IMG/VR virus record: IMGVR_UViG_3300033997_000243
Location: 248,001 to 312,000 of that record
Length of the DNA: 64,000 nucleotides
Reading direction: 5' to 3' (one strand)
Of the stretch, positions 29,796-38,526 are shown piece after piece. Within the stretch, counting starts at the first letter, position 1. The number at the start of each line of letters is the position of its first letter. The notes beneath the pieces were generated by a model. The model worked only from the letters and a program-made list of their open reading frames with translations, was not told the origin of the DNA and did no database searches. The position numbers and the translations under genes are program-made.

Positions 29796-30572
29796 TTATT
29801 CTATATCAATTCCGTTTATAACAGCATCCAGATATTCTTGCATAGAAGATTGACTGGTATAAATACCGTGATCAATGCTTGCACCTTTATCCGGCAGATT
29901 TTCACGAGCGTAACGCTGCAAAGCTGGCAAACTCATTTCCTGAAAATCGACAAAGTTTTCTACAGGTAAATCAGCATCATCTTCTTCCATATCTTCTTCA
30001 TCTTCACGAAGAATACGAACGCTGTAACTGCAATTTGTAAAAAGTTGGCCGTCAACCATTATTGAATTTGGGGTTATAGGTTGAATTTTGAATTCGTCGG
30101 CAAATGAGAATTCAACCCTGTACGGAACGTCAACAACAAAAACGGAAAACTTATCTTTCAAAGAATTAATATGCAGCCCAAGTTTAGGTAACTGAATAAA
30201 CTTTTCAACACGTTTTACCATGCCGTAGTTAAACAGCAAACGTGCATCAGTAACCACACCAAGATCTTCACGAATTTCATAACCTGAATTCATAAAGTCA
30301 GGCGCACGACCTTTTGCAGCTGTTTGTGCTAAAAATTCTACATAAGCATCAACACATTCGCTGGAAACCAAAAGTTTGCATTCCTGAGTAGTGTCGATAA
30401 CAACATGAACAGGTGCTTTGTTTGCGTAGATTGCGTTTCGAGTCAAATACTCAACAACAGCTTTTTGATATTTTGTTGAACGCATTTGTTCAGGAATGGT
30501 TAAACCTTTTTCTTCCGCGAAAGTTAAAAGGTCTGACATACTAGCGTTGTTTAACTCTTGTATACTTTTCAT
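29796..30572 (-). CDS. hypothetical protein with terminal HeH/Rho-N-like modules
   Basis: LNNASMSDLLTFAEEKGLTIP and FQEMSLPALQRYAREN. Confidence 0.8.
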   Translation of the reverse strand: MKSIQELNNASMSDLLTFAEEKGLTIPEQMRSTKYQKAVVEYLTRNAIYANKAPVHVVIDTTQECKLLVSSECVDAYVEFLAQTAAKGRAPDFMNSGYEIREDLGVVTDARLLFNYGMVKRVEKFIQLPKLGLHINSLKDKFSVFVVDVPYRVEFSFADEFKIQPITPNSIMVDGQLFTNCSYSVRILREDEEDMEEDDADLPVENFVDFQEMSLPALQRYARENLPDKGASIDHGIYTSQSSMQEYLDAVINGIDIE

Positions 30573-30633
30573 GATCTAGATTCCCATCATAATATGTTTA
30601 ATTGGTGGCCTTATTGCCTTAACCAATGACTGT

Positions 30634-30688
30634 ATTTTACCAAAAAGCTTAGTGTCGATCAATCACTGTTTTTGACACACTTGGATCA
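30634..30688 (-). promoter_or_regulatory. class I promoter module overlapping 3' end of upstream CDS
   Basis: GATCCAAGTGTGTCAAAAA-N29-TAAAAT; TTGATC-17-TAAAAT. Confidence 0.82.
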
Positions 30689-31065
30689 ATTCGTTTAGCT
30701 TGGTGACGATCAAGAACAAATTCCAGATCGCGCTGTTTGCGTGGAACACAGGCCATAGCAAAACTTGCAAACAAACGAACAGCGTAAAATGGCGTAAGTC
30801 TGTAAACATCTTTTTGCGAGTTACCTTCAGAATCAATACGATCCAAAAGTAATTGATAAACTTTTTCACTGATGCGAGTCAAAGTGATTGCATAATCTTT
30901 TGATGAATAGCGCAAACTTTTTCCAGCTGTTATTAAGTTCTCAGCAAAGGCCGGACGTTTTTCAGCATATAACCTGAGTGTTTGAAAGTCAGCATCAGGA
31001 ACTTTAGCAAAGAACTTCTCGGCGTATGTTTGAAGTGCAGGAATTCCAACAATTTCTTTTTTCAT
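30649..31065 (-). CDS. hypothetical protein
   Basis: 138 aa ORF. Confidence 0.75.
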   Translation of the reverse strand: MKKEIVGIPALQTYAEKFFAKVPDADFQTLRLYAEKRPAFAENLITAGKSLRYSSKDYAITLTRISEKVYQLLLDRIDSEGNSQKDVYRLTPFYAVRLFASFAMACVPRKQRDLEFVLDRHQAKRIDPSVSKTVIDRH

Positions 31066-31068
31066 ATA

Positions 31069-31323
31069 TCACCCGTAGGTCAAGCTGTGATTCACTAAAC
31101 GAATAATGCTCAACTGGCTTGCTCTAAATTGATCACCTTGTTGAGTCATTGCCATAAAAAATCTTTCGCCTTTAAAACCTTGTTTAACTTTTTCAACGGA
31201 AATAATCAAACAATTTTGTTGGCGTCCGTTAATATGAATTTCTACAACTGCATTTGGCTTTAATTGCTCAACAGTCATATTGAATGGGAACCCATTATTA
31301 ACGCTAAGTATATTAGCTTGCAT
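31069..31323 (-). CDS. small hypothetical protein
   Basis: 84 aa, AAGGAG RBS, directly after class I promoter. Confidence 0.8.
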   Translation of the reverse strand: MQANILSVNNGFPFNMTVEQLKPNAVVEIHINGRQQNCLIISVEKVKQGFKGERFFMAMTQQGDQFRASQLSIIRLVNHSLTYG

Positions 31324-31349
31324 GTTTTCTCCTTTGTTTGAATGTGCCT

Positions 31350-31397
31350 ATTATATAAAAACAGACTATAATAGGCAACACTCATTTTTGACACACC
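31350..31397 (-). promoter_or_regulatory. class I promoter module
   Basis: GTGTGTCAAAAA-N29-TATAAT; TTGCCT-17-TATAAT. Confidence 0.85.
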
Positions 31398-31406
31398 TAG
31401 AAAAGT

Positions 31407-33116
31407 TTAGGTCAACAGTGCATCGATAAGATTTTTAACGCGCTGTTCTTTGCTATCAACACTATTGATAGAAGTTACTTCAATTTCAGGATGAAGCATT
31501 GAACAAACTGACAGTGCCACCGGAAAAGTCTTTGTGGAATAATCCGCGAATTCAATATCCATATCGTCAGTCGCAAGTAAGGCGGCTTCAAGTTGAGCTA
31601 ACCATGAATCACCGACAACAATAACTCCAGTATCGGACAGACGTTTTTCAACTTTACATAAAGCTTCGTAAACGTCTGGTACGCACGAAGATAAAGCGTT
31701 CACTGTAATAACATCATTCAAAACAGCGCGAACAATTTTAGCGCGTTTCTCGATAGATGTTTCGGATAAACAGCGATTGTCAACCAGCTTGCGAACTTTT
31801 AAAGCTTCAAAAAGTTGGTCAATAACTTCAGGAACATAGCGAAGTAAATTAGTGCAGCCGCTATCTTCAAACTGATCTTCTGTTGTGTAATAAGTTCGGA
31901 TCAGGTCAACAGCATACAATGCACCATCTTCTGTGAATCGTGTTTCTGGATTCACATCAATAAAGCCGAGCAAGCTTAAAACAATACACGCTTTACCGCG
32001 CTTAGACCAAGCTGTTGTAGTTTTACCATCGTTGATCGCAACATAAATGTTTAGGATTGCGCCCAAAACTTCGTTTGTTACATAAGCTGTATCAAGCAAG
32101 AAAGCTTCAACTGTTGGAGCATCAAGCGACGATTCAAACGGCAGACTTAAATGTTTTATGATTCGTAAGGCAGCACAAAAACTTTCAAACGAAGTACAAT
32201 CAAACTGACTACTAACTTTAATAACGCGCGTCTGGCCTTCAGCCAAAGCGGTCAAGTGTGAAAGAACAGGGGCCAAATAGTTGGCACAAAATTCCTGATC
32301 CCAAACTAAACTTGTATCGTCTGTTGTAAGGCCAACAAAAGCTTCATAAATGAAAGCGCTGACATCACCGCTTTCTCTTAAAGATTCTGTTAACTGTTGG
32401 ATAAACTCAGCGTTTTGAATATTCGCGTAAACTTTGTAACTATCCAAAGAAAACAAATGCGCGTAGCCTGAGTTTTCAACAGCGGCATCAAAAGCATCTT
32501 TATTCAATTGAGTAGCATCAGTTTCGAGTAAAGCTGAAGTTGTTGGAATCAAATCAAACTCAACTTCTTCAGGTTCTACATTGGACTCGCTGTTTTCGAC
32601 AACGGGTTCAGGCGCAACAACTTTTGCGCCTTCGTCTGTTGGAACAAACTCTAAAGATGAAGCCTGTGGCTTTTCAAATCCTGTTGCAAATTCTTCAGGA
32701 TCTTTTACCAAAGCCGCAATATCAACTTCATCGGCTGGTACGGTCAAAGTTGGTAAGAACAAAGAACTACCATAAATTGTTTGAACCATACCCGCAATAA
32801 AAAAGATTGGACGAGTTTTTCCGGATTTTTTGTCATGCGTAACCGCAGAATAAACCGGATAGATAGAGTCACCATAACCAACTTCCATTTCGGTTAGCTG
32901 AATTGTATTTGAGCAATCAGCATCAATCGGATTTTTAGGAACCAAAAGTACAGCGCCAGAAAGTTGTTCAATCAGACTGTAATCATCGGTTTCAATTTTG
33001 TAAGTTGGCAAAGCATCATCTTTTGGGATGATAGCGGCCATAGCTTTGTTTGTTTGAGATTGAAAAAGTTCACCAACAGCAATAAGGTGAGTAATACGAA
33101 CTGTGATACTTTGCAT
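31407..33116 (-). CDS. large acidic hypothetical protein
   Basis: 569 aa ORF, GAGG RBS. Confidence 0.85.
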   Translation of the reverse strand: MQSITVRITHLIAVGELFQSQTNKAMAAIIPKDDALPTYKIETDDYSLIEQLSGAVLLVPKNPIDADCSNTIQLTEMEVGYGDSIYPVYSAVTHDKKSGKTRPIFFIAGMVQTIYGSSLFLPTLTVPADEVDIAALVKDPEEFATGFEKPQASSLEFVPTDEGAKVVAPEPVVENSESNVEPEEVEFDLIPTTSALLETDATQLNKDAFDAAVENSGYAHLFSLDSYKVYANIQNAEFIQQLTESLRESGDVSAFIYEAFVGLTTDDTSLVWDQEFCANYLAPVLSHLTALAEGQTRVIKVSSQFDCTSFESFCAALRIIKHLSLPFESSLDAPTVEAFLLDTAYVTNEVLGAILNIYVAINDGKTTTAWSKRGKACIVLSLLGFIDVNPETRFTEDGALYAVDLIRTYYTTEDQFEDSGCTNLLRYVPEVIDQLFEALKVRKLVDNRCLSETSIEKRAKIVRAVLNDVITVNALSSCVPDVYEALCKVEKRLSDTGVIVVGDSWLAQLEAALLATDDMDIEFADYSTKTFPVALSVCSMLHPEIEVTSINSVDSKEQRVKNLIDALLT

Positions 33117-33131
33117 AAAGTTTCCTCTGCA

Positions 33132-33404
33132 TTAATCTAAGAAATTTAATTTAACGACAAAACCTTCATCGAACAATTCAAAAGAATATTCGCCATCTTC
33201 GTTTTTATAGAAACTGAGATTTTCGATATATTTCTCAAGTTGTTCATCCGTAAGTTCTGGATATTGACAATCAGCTTCAAAATAACGCTGCCAATAAGTT
33301 CGCATGGCAGCATCGTGTAAAACATCAACTATTTCCGAGGTGCTTGTACTAAACTCAACTACTTCGGTTGATTCACAAACTTGCGCGGTGTTTTGCTGTG
33401 TCAT
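33132..33404 (-). CDS. acidic hypothetical protein
   Basis: 90 aa ORF. Confidence 0.75.
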   Translation of the reverse strand: MTQQNTAQVCESTEVVEFSTSTSEIVDVLHDAAMRTYWQRYFEADCQYPELTDEQLEKYIENLSFYKNEDGEYSFELFDEGFVVKLNFLD

Positions 33405-33472
33405 AATTAATTCTCTGTTGTTATATTTGATTCGGCCAGTTTATCTGGCAATACTATTTAACGAAGTAAAAT

Positions 33473-34291
33473 CTACTTCTTATCTTTCTCACGAGATTTC
33501 TTATCGTGAGATTTTTTGTCCTTACCTTCCAACTTGCTTGCGACTATTTTATGTATCTCAAGCTTATCGTCGTCGGACATTAATTCAGATTTGTCCTGTT
33601 TCGGCACAACAAGATCGTAACTGTTATTCACATCAACCACAGTCTTAAACTTTTTACTACGTGCCAAAATTTGCAAAGTTTTCTCAGGAACAAATATCAA
33701 ATCTTTCCAATCCAAGCGATCTATCGGACGGAACTTAGTTGGCACAATGCCAACATTTCCTTTATCCGTAATAAGGACTGTAAAAGAAGTTGCAGGGATT
33801 TTAGATCCGCAGCGAGAACATTTACCTGTCTGTCGAATAGACAAACGACTGTGGCCAACGGCTTCACATACAACGGAAGCAACTTTATCTTCCGGTAAAT
33901 TTAAACGCTTCAGATTTTGAATATCTGCAAACAAAACTTGCTTACTATTTAACAGATCATCAAAATCATCCATTGAATATTTTTCAGCATCTGTCAGGAA
34001 AGTATTTGTATCACGGAAAATGTAATACAACTTTCTGGCCTTGCCTTCAGTGGCTGATTCACGCTGTTCTGTTGGTAAGCTAACCAAACATACACCGCTT
34101 AACATCAGCATTTCCTGCAACTTTAAAATCGCAGAAGGATCAGCTTTAAGATCAGCAGAATTAACTGCAATCAATTTTAAAAGCTGTTCGGTCGTCAAAG
34201 CAATAACTAAATCGTCAACGACTGTACGAGCAACGAATTGTTGGACGGCAGAAACCATTGTATCGAGTTTTGCATCAGTTAACTGTGTCAT
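33473..34291 (-). CDS. hypothetical protein (C..H..CSRC possible Zn site)
   Basis: 272 aa ORF, ATGA overlap with NADAR gene. Confidence 0.8.
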   Translation of the reverse strand: MTQLTDAKLDTMVSAVQQFVARTVVDDLVIALTTEQLLKLIAVNSADLKADPSAILKLQEMLMLSGVCLVSLPTEQRESATEGKARKLYYIFRDTNTFLTDAEKYSMDDFDDLLNSKQVLFADIQNLKRLNLPEDKVASVVCEAVGHSRLSIRQTGKCSRCGSKIPATSFTVLITDKGNVGIVPTKFRPIDRLDWKDLIFVPEKTLQILARSKKFKTVVDVNNSYDLVVPKQDKSELMSDDDKLEIHKIVASKLEGKDKKSHDKKSREKDKK

Positions 34292-34917
34292 AAGTAACGA
34301 TCCATATAAACAGTTGTGATTGATTTATCGGCCAGAATTTCACGAACTTCTTCTGTAAGTAAACCAGAATTGTTTGATCCGTTCCCTTGTTCGTCAACAC
34401 CCCAAAACTTTTCTTTGTCCCAAGGTGCAAGTTCAACCAACTTAGCATCTTCAGTAGCAAGAAGCCACTTTTTCAAAATCAAGTTTTGGCCATATTTTGC
34501 AAGAAGAAGATTTTTCATCACGCTCTTGCGAATTTCTTTCCAGTCAGGTCGCATAGGGCAACCAGATTTTTCACTGCCATGATAACGAGCGTCTTTTGCT
34601 TTGACGCAGTTGTAAATCTTTTGGCGGAATTCAGGACTGCGAGTTTTGAAGTAATGGAAGCCTTGTTCCACACTGCTAAACTTTAATGTTTCGCCAGTAG
34701 TACGATCAATAACCACAACGATCAAACAAGGTTGAAAGTTTGATAACCATTCCAACTTTTCAATCTGGCTGTTGTAAGTTAAAGTGACAGGTTCTTTTTT
34801 CTCTGCTTTAGCAGGAACAGATTTTTGCTCGGCCTGAGACTTAATAAAAGACTTCTTCAATGGAAGCGAAGGCTTTTTAGCCAAAGGTTTCTTTGCAAGT
34901 TTCTTAGGTTCTTTCAT
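34288..34917 (-). CDS. NADAR (YbiA-like) family protein
   Basis: WLSNF, FSSVEQGFHYFK, RPDW..IRKSVM..LL.AKYGQN, LLAT.DAKLVELAPWD..FWG...G.NNSG. Confidence 0.9.
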   Translation of the reverse strand: MKEPKKLAKKPLAKKPSLPLKKSFIKSQAEQKSVPAKAEKKEPVTLTYNSQIEKLEWLSNFQPCLIVVVIDRTTGETLKFSSVEQGFHYFKTRSPEFRQKIYNCVKAKDARYHGSEKSGCPMRPDWKEIRKSVMKNLLLAKYGQNLILKKWLLATEDAKLVELAPWDKEKFWGVDEQGNGSNNSGLLTEEVREILADKSITTVYMDRYL

Positions 34918-35072
34918 TTAGATTCTCTCTTTGATTCAAGGCTTTTAGGATCTACACCCAAAGCCATTAACTTGCGCTCATACAATTTCATCAAGCGTTT
35001 GTGCTCTACGAGCTTTTGCTTAAGACGTTTGTTGAGCTTGCGTTTTGATTCACAACCTAAACAAGCACACAT
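34914..35072 (-). CDS. small Cys/basic protein (52 aa, below ORF-track cutoff)
   Basis: MCACLGCESKRKLNKRLKQKLVEHKRLMKLYERKLMALGVDPKSLESKRESK fills the gap exactly; ATGA overlap. Confidence 0.7.
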   Translation of the reverse strand: MCACLGCESKRKLNKRLKQKLVEHKRLMKLYERKLMALGVDPKSLESKRESK

Positions 35073-35074
35073 AT

Positions 35075-35647
35075 TTAACGTGAGCTATAAACAGAAGCAG
35101 AGTAAAGCTTCTGGAGTTCTTCACCCGCATCTGAGATATAATCCATAACATGGCGTTTCGCCAAATCATGAAAGTGTCTTTGAATGCGAGTGCAGAAATT
35201 TTTGTTGTAGGTAAGAAAAGTACCGGAGTCCAGATCAAACCAAACAACATTACGTAAATCGTTGTTCTCGCTTTGAGGTAAACAAAAAGCGCAGTCAGAG
35301 TTTTCCACAGTCTTTTTGCGGTACGCTGATATAGTTTCCTGAAGATCCAGCAAATAATCCGCATCAATCGGCTGACTTTGGTTCAAAGGTAAAGCACGTA
35401 AATACCACACGCTGCTTTGCTCAGACTTTTTCTCAGGAACAACGATTTCACGATTCAAACTAAAATCCAATATTGGATTTTCATTATTCAATAAAATACT
35501 ACGCAACATAACATCGTTGGCTTTATTGAAAGCATCCAACTTATCGTTGCGAGTTTGGGCCGGACGAATTACGTCACGCATTGTTGCAGGAATAGATTTC
35601 CATTCCGAATCCCAACGGTGATTAAAAATATAAGACACTAACTGCAT
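35075..35647 (-). CDS. hypothetical protein
   Basis: 190 aa, AGGAG RBS, CAFC...C..H. Confidence 0.8.
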   Translation of the reverse strand: MQLVSYIFNHRWDSEWKSIPATMRDVIRPAQTRNDKLDAFNKANDVMLRSILLNNENPILDFSLNREIVVPEKKSEQSSVWYLRALPLNQSQPIDADYLLDLQETISAYRKKTVENSDCAFCLPQSENNDLRNVVWFDLDSGTFLTYNKNFCTRIQRHFHDLAKRHVMDYISDAGEELQKLYSASVYSSR

Positions 35648-35657
35648 TTTTATTCTC

Positions 35658-35879
35658 CTAGCTAGTATGCCAGATTACCGGATCTAAACTTTTCTTATCA
35701 GCTTTTTTCTTGGCCTTGCGTTTTAAGGCACGAACAAGTTTAGCTGCCTTTTCAATCAAACGCTTAGGTGGCTTTCTTTTTGGCGGCTCCAAACCCAACA
35801 AAGCATATTCAGCATCAGTAAGATCCAATAAAGCCAATTTACGTTTCAAAGACCTGAGAAGCTTTTCATTCTTTGTCAT
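35658..35879 (-). CDS. small basic protein
   Basis: 73 aa, Lys/Arg-rich. Confidence 0.7.
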   Translation of the reverse strand: MTKNEKLLRSLKRKLALLDLTDAEYALLGLEPPKRKPPKRLIEKAAKLVRALKRKAKKKADKKSLDPVIWHTS

Positions 35880-36450
35880 TACACTTTACCTTAAGATTTA
35901 CAGTTACTAAATCCAGTTTGACCGCCAAAACAATTAGACCTAAACGGCCAAACATTTCATTCATCAAATTCATCAATGTCGGCCAAGCATCAAAATCGCT
36001 GGCAGTTCTGCGAAAGTTGATCTCAAACTTTTCACGAGTAAAAGAAGGATCATCTTGCTCGTTTCTAGCCAAAAGCAAAAGAGTGTAAAATTCATCCAAA
36101 GCTTTTTCTCTGTGTTGCAGCCACGTTGTAGATTTTTCATCACTCAACATCAAGCTTTCCGCAAAGTCCAAAGACATAAAGCGATGCAGCGCGTTAAAAC
36201 GACGACACATAGATCGGCTGAGCATTTCTTCCGACTGACACATTTTATTTTTTGTCCACAAAGTAATACGAGTAGATTTAAGTTCGGCAGCCACTGTATC
36301 GATGTGTTTCGCTTTGGTCGCAAACTTTTTATCCAGTTTTGAATAAAAGGGCAAACAAGCTACGACAATTCGGAAAAGCAATTCAATAAAAAGAGCTATT
36401 AATAATCCGACTGTGTAGCGCAAAATAAAGTTGATTACATTCTTAACCAT
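35866..36450 (-). CDS. membrane-anchored hypothetical protein
   Basis: N-terminal hydrophobic segment, GAGG RBS. Confidence 0.75.
   Translation of the reverse strand: MVKNVINFILRYTVGLLIALFIELLFRIVVACLPFYSKLDKKFATKAKHIDTVAAELKSTRITLWTKNKMCQSEEMLSRSMCRRFNALHRFMSLDFAESLMLSDEKSTTWLQHREKALDEFYTLLLLARNEQDDPSFTREKFEINFRRTASDFDAWPTLMNLMNEMFGRLGLIVLAVKLDLVTVNLKVKCNDKE
35896..35903 (-). promoter_or_regulatory. class II candidate promoter motif CTGTAAAT
   Basis: 17 nt upstream of start 35879. Confidence 0.4.
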
Positions 36451-36474
36451 TTCTAGATCCTCAAGTGGTTACGT

Positions 36475-36648
36475 TTAAAAGTGCCGTGGCCTATAGAATA
36501 CAAAGTATATTAAATAAATAACACAAATTGATCCAATAGTCGGCGTTAATATCGAATGCGCTTTAACAAAAGGAAATGGCAAAACGCAAACAATTAAAAG
36601 AATAACAGCAATCAGCGCGATTACCCGTAAGCAATATTCAACAAACAT
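36475..36648 (-). CDS. small two-TM membrane protein
   Basis: Start moved to ATG 36648 (MFVEY) with AAGGA RBS. Confidence 0.65.
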   Translation of the reverse strand: MFVEYCLRVIALIAVILLIVCVLPFPFVKAHSILTPTIGSICVIYLIYFVFYRPRHF

Positions 36649-36802
36649 TTTGATCCTTAATTCGCATCGACAATTTTGCTTCAATGTCATGGCGAAAAGT
36701 TTGTATTGTTATTAAATCTAGTTCAATACCGAACAAAGTTTTGAATAAACGGACTAGCTGCCATTCGGTCATAACAGCCAGTCCTTGATTTATCACACAC
36801 AT
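36638..36802 (-). CDS. small protein (54 aa from coupled ATG 36802, or 44 aa from ATG 36772)
   Basis: MCVINQGLAV-MTEWQLVRLFKTLFGIELDLITIQTFRHDIEAKLSMRIKDQNVC; TAATG overlap with upstream gene. Confidence 0.55.
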   Translation of the reverse strand: MCVINQGLAVMTEWQLVRLFKTLFGIELDLITIQTFRHDIEAKLSMRIKDQNVC

Positions 36803-37446
36803 TACTTTTCTAAACGGGAAAGTCTTTCCAAATATACTTCTTCTGTATCAGAGTATAAGACTTTTTCCATCAAAGTTTGTTTATCAGAAATTGGTGCATA
36901 AGCAACATATTCAAACTGAGCGGCAAGCGTCATAACAACCTTTGATTGCAATAGCTTAGAAAGTCTGACGATACGCGCTCGGTTGTGATTACATTCCAGC
37001 ACCAGAACAACTTCAATATCTTCGCAGGAATCAATATTCAGCGTGGAAAAGTTGATCGTGTCTGCGGTACAGAATAAAGCGTATCTGTTTTTATACACCG
37101 AACAATCAATGACTATGGCAGTTTGAGACATACCAGATTCAAAAGGTTCATAAGTTTCAAGTTCAAAATCGGAAATATCTAATTCTGAATATTGATAAAC
37201 CTTATTAGTCTTTTCAATTTGAATAAAATGCTCAAGCAGACTAATCAGTTCTTTCAGATCGGAAAGATTTTGTCGTCCAGATAAACCAACAGCGTAATTA
37301 TCCCAATCTACTTCAAAAGAATAGCCAGCGGCTTTTGATACCAGATCAAAACCAAAGTAAGCAGCTGGAAACAATGGAGTAACTAAAGTAGGCTTTTCTT
37401 TCTTTGCTTTACTTTTAGTTGTTTTTTGTCGTGTTATTTTCTTCAT
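36802..37446 (-). CDS. hypothetical protein
   Basis: 214 aa, GGAG RBS, Lys-rich N-terminus. Confidence 0.8.
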   Translation of the reverse strand: MKKITRQKTTKSKAKKEKPTLVTPLFPAAYFGFDLVSKAAGYSFEVDWDNYAVGLSGRQNLSDLKELISLLEHFIQIEKTNKVYQYSELDISDFELETYEPFESGMSQTAIVIDCSVYKNRYALFCTADTINFSTLNIDSCEDIEVVLVLECNHNRARIVRLSKLLQSKVVMTLAAQFEYVAYAPISDKQTLMEKVLYSDTEEVYLERLSRLEK

Positions 37447-37457
37447 AAAGTTCTCCG

Positions 37458-37949
37458 CTAAACTTTAAAGTAACGAGGTTCTAAACGATCCGCATAAAGC
37501 ACTACAATTTTATTGGCATCGGCATATCCTGAAATGTTTGAGCCTTCCACATAATAAAGGCAGCGCATAATATTAAGTCTGTTGTACGCTTCTTCAGAAA
37601 TTTCACGATAGCCATCTGAGTGCATAGTGAACTCGCCTTCATATAATGTTTGGCGGCTGGCCTCTAAAATCGTGTGGCCTAAAAGTTTGAAACCTGCAAC
37701 AGCGTTCGCGCAAAACGAATCAACCTGCAATTCACCTTTTTCGTTAAACGAAACAGCGTCAACAAAAAGAACTTCTGTTTTAATAATAGGATATGTTATT
37801 AAGTAGTCAGATTCTTCCATGAAAACACAATCAACTTTTTGAGCAGGAACCAAAAGATTTTCGATCTTAACAAAACCATTTTTTGGTTCTATTGGTTTAC
37901 GTGAAGTTACCGTTACGTTGCTTTCATATACTAATGTTACTTGATACAT
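37458..37949 (-). CDS. hypothetical protein
   Basis: 163 aa, GAGG RBS, first gene after class I promoter. Confidence 0.8.
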   Translation of the reverse strand: MYQVTLVYESNVTVTSRKPIEPKNGFVKIENLLVPAQKVDCVFMEESDYLITYPIIKTEVLFVDAVSFNEKGELQVDSFCANAVAGFKLLGHTILEASRQTLYEGEFTMHSDGYREISEEAYNRLNIMRCLYYVEGSNISGYADANKIVVLYADRLEPRYFKV

Positions 37950-38003
37950 TTATTGATCCTCAAATGTCATTATCGGAGGCACTATTGCCTTACCAATGAA
38001 GCT

Positions 38004-38054
38004 ATTATACCAAAAGCGGCCATTCATAACAACCGCTGTTTTTGACACACTTGG
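38004..38054 (-). promoter_or_regulatory. class I promoter module with embedded terminator hairpin
   Basis: TTGTTA-17-TATAAT; AGCGGUUGUU/AAUGGCCGCU-UUU, compensatory change relative to the 29302 copy. Confidence 0.88.
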
Positions 38055-38055
38055 T

Positions 38056-38526
38056 TTAGTTCAGATTACGAAGAGAAGTTTCTAAGTTGTTCGATGATTC
38101 TAAGAATCGGCACAGTTTCTTTATACAACTTTTTGTATTGCCCTTTAAGTAAAAGCGTTGCGTGTAAACAGTATCAAATTTAGAATCGATCTTGCATTCT
38201 AAATAAAGACCAGTATCTGAATCACAGCATAGCCAGAAAGTTCCATAACAGTCAACAAAGGCAAAAGGAAAGCTTAAAGCAATTTTTCCAGAATCACGTT
38301 CTCCCATCATTTCTTTATTCGTTGTATCATGTTTGAATGGACGTAAAATACCAAGATTCTTCTTAGTCCTTTTATTTGTAGAACGACCTATCAGATTAAC
38401 GGCCAATGTTTTTTGTTGTCCTGTTATAAATCCTTTGTCAACTGCCTTAGATAATTGAGAGTCAACACTGCGAACTACCGATTGAACTTCTGCTGTTATT
38501 TGAATTCTATTGCCAGCTTTTTTCAT
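38056..38526 (-). CDS. hypothetical protein
   Basis: 156 aa ORF. Confidence 0.75.
   Translation of the reverse strand: MKKAGNRIQITAEVQSVVRSVDSQLSKAVDKGFITGQQKTLAVNLIGRSTNKRTKKNLGILRPFKHDTTNKEMMGERDSGKIALSFPFAFVDCYGTFWLCCDSDTGLYLECKIDSKFDTVYTQRFYLKGNTKSCIKKLCRFLESSNNLETSLRNLN

Noticed and set aside
33415-33470. Possible sigma70 promoter TTGCCA...TATAAC upstream of 33404
   Set aside because: Spacing is about 20 nt and the class I upstream box is absent
34325-34351. GCCGATAA (sigma28 -10) 34 nt upstream of ORF 33473-34291
   Set aside because: The -35 position reads AGAA rather than TAAA; a single instance inside a CDS
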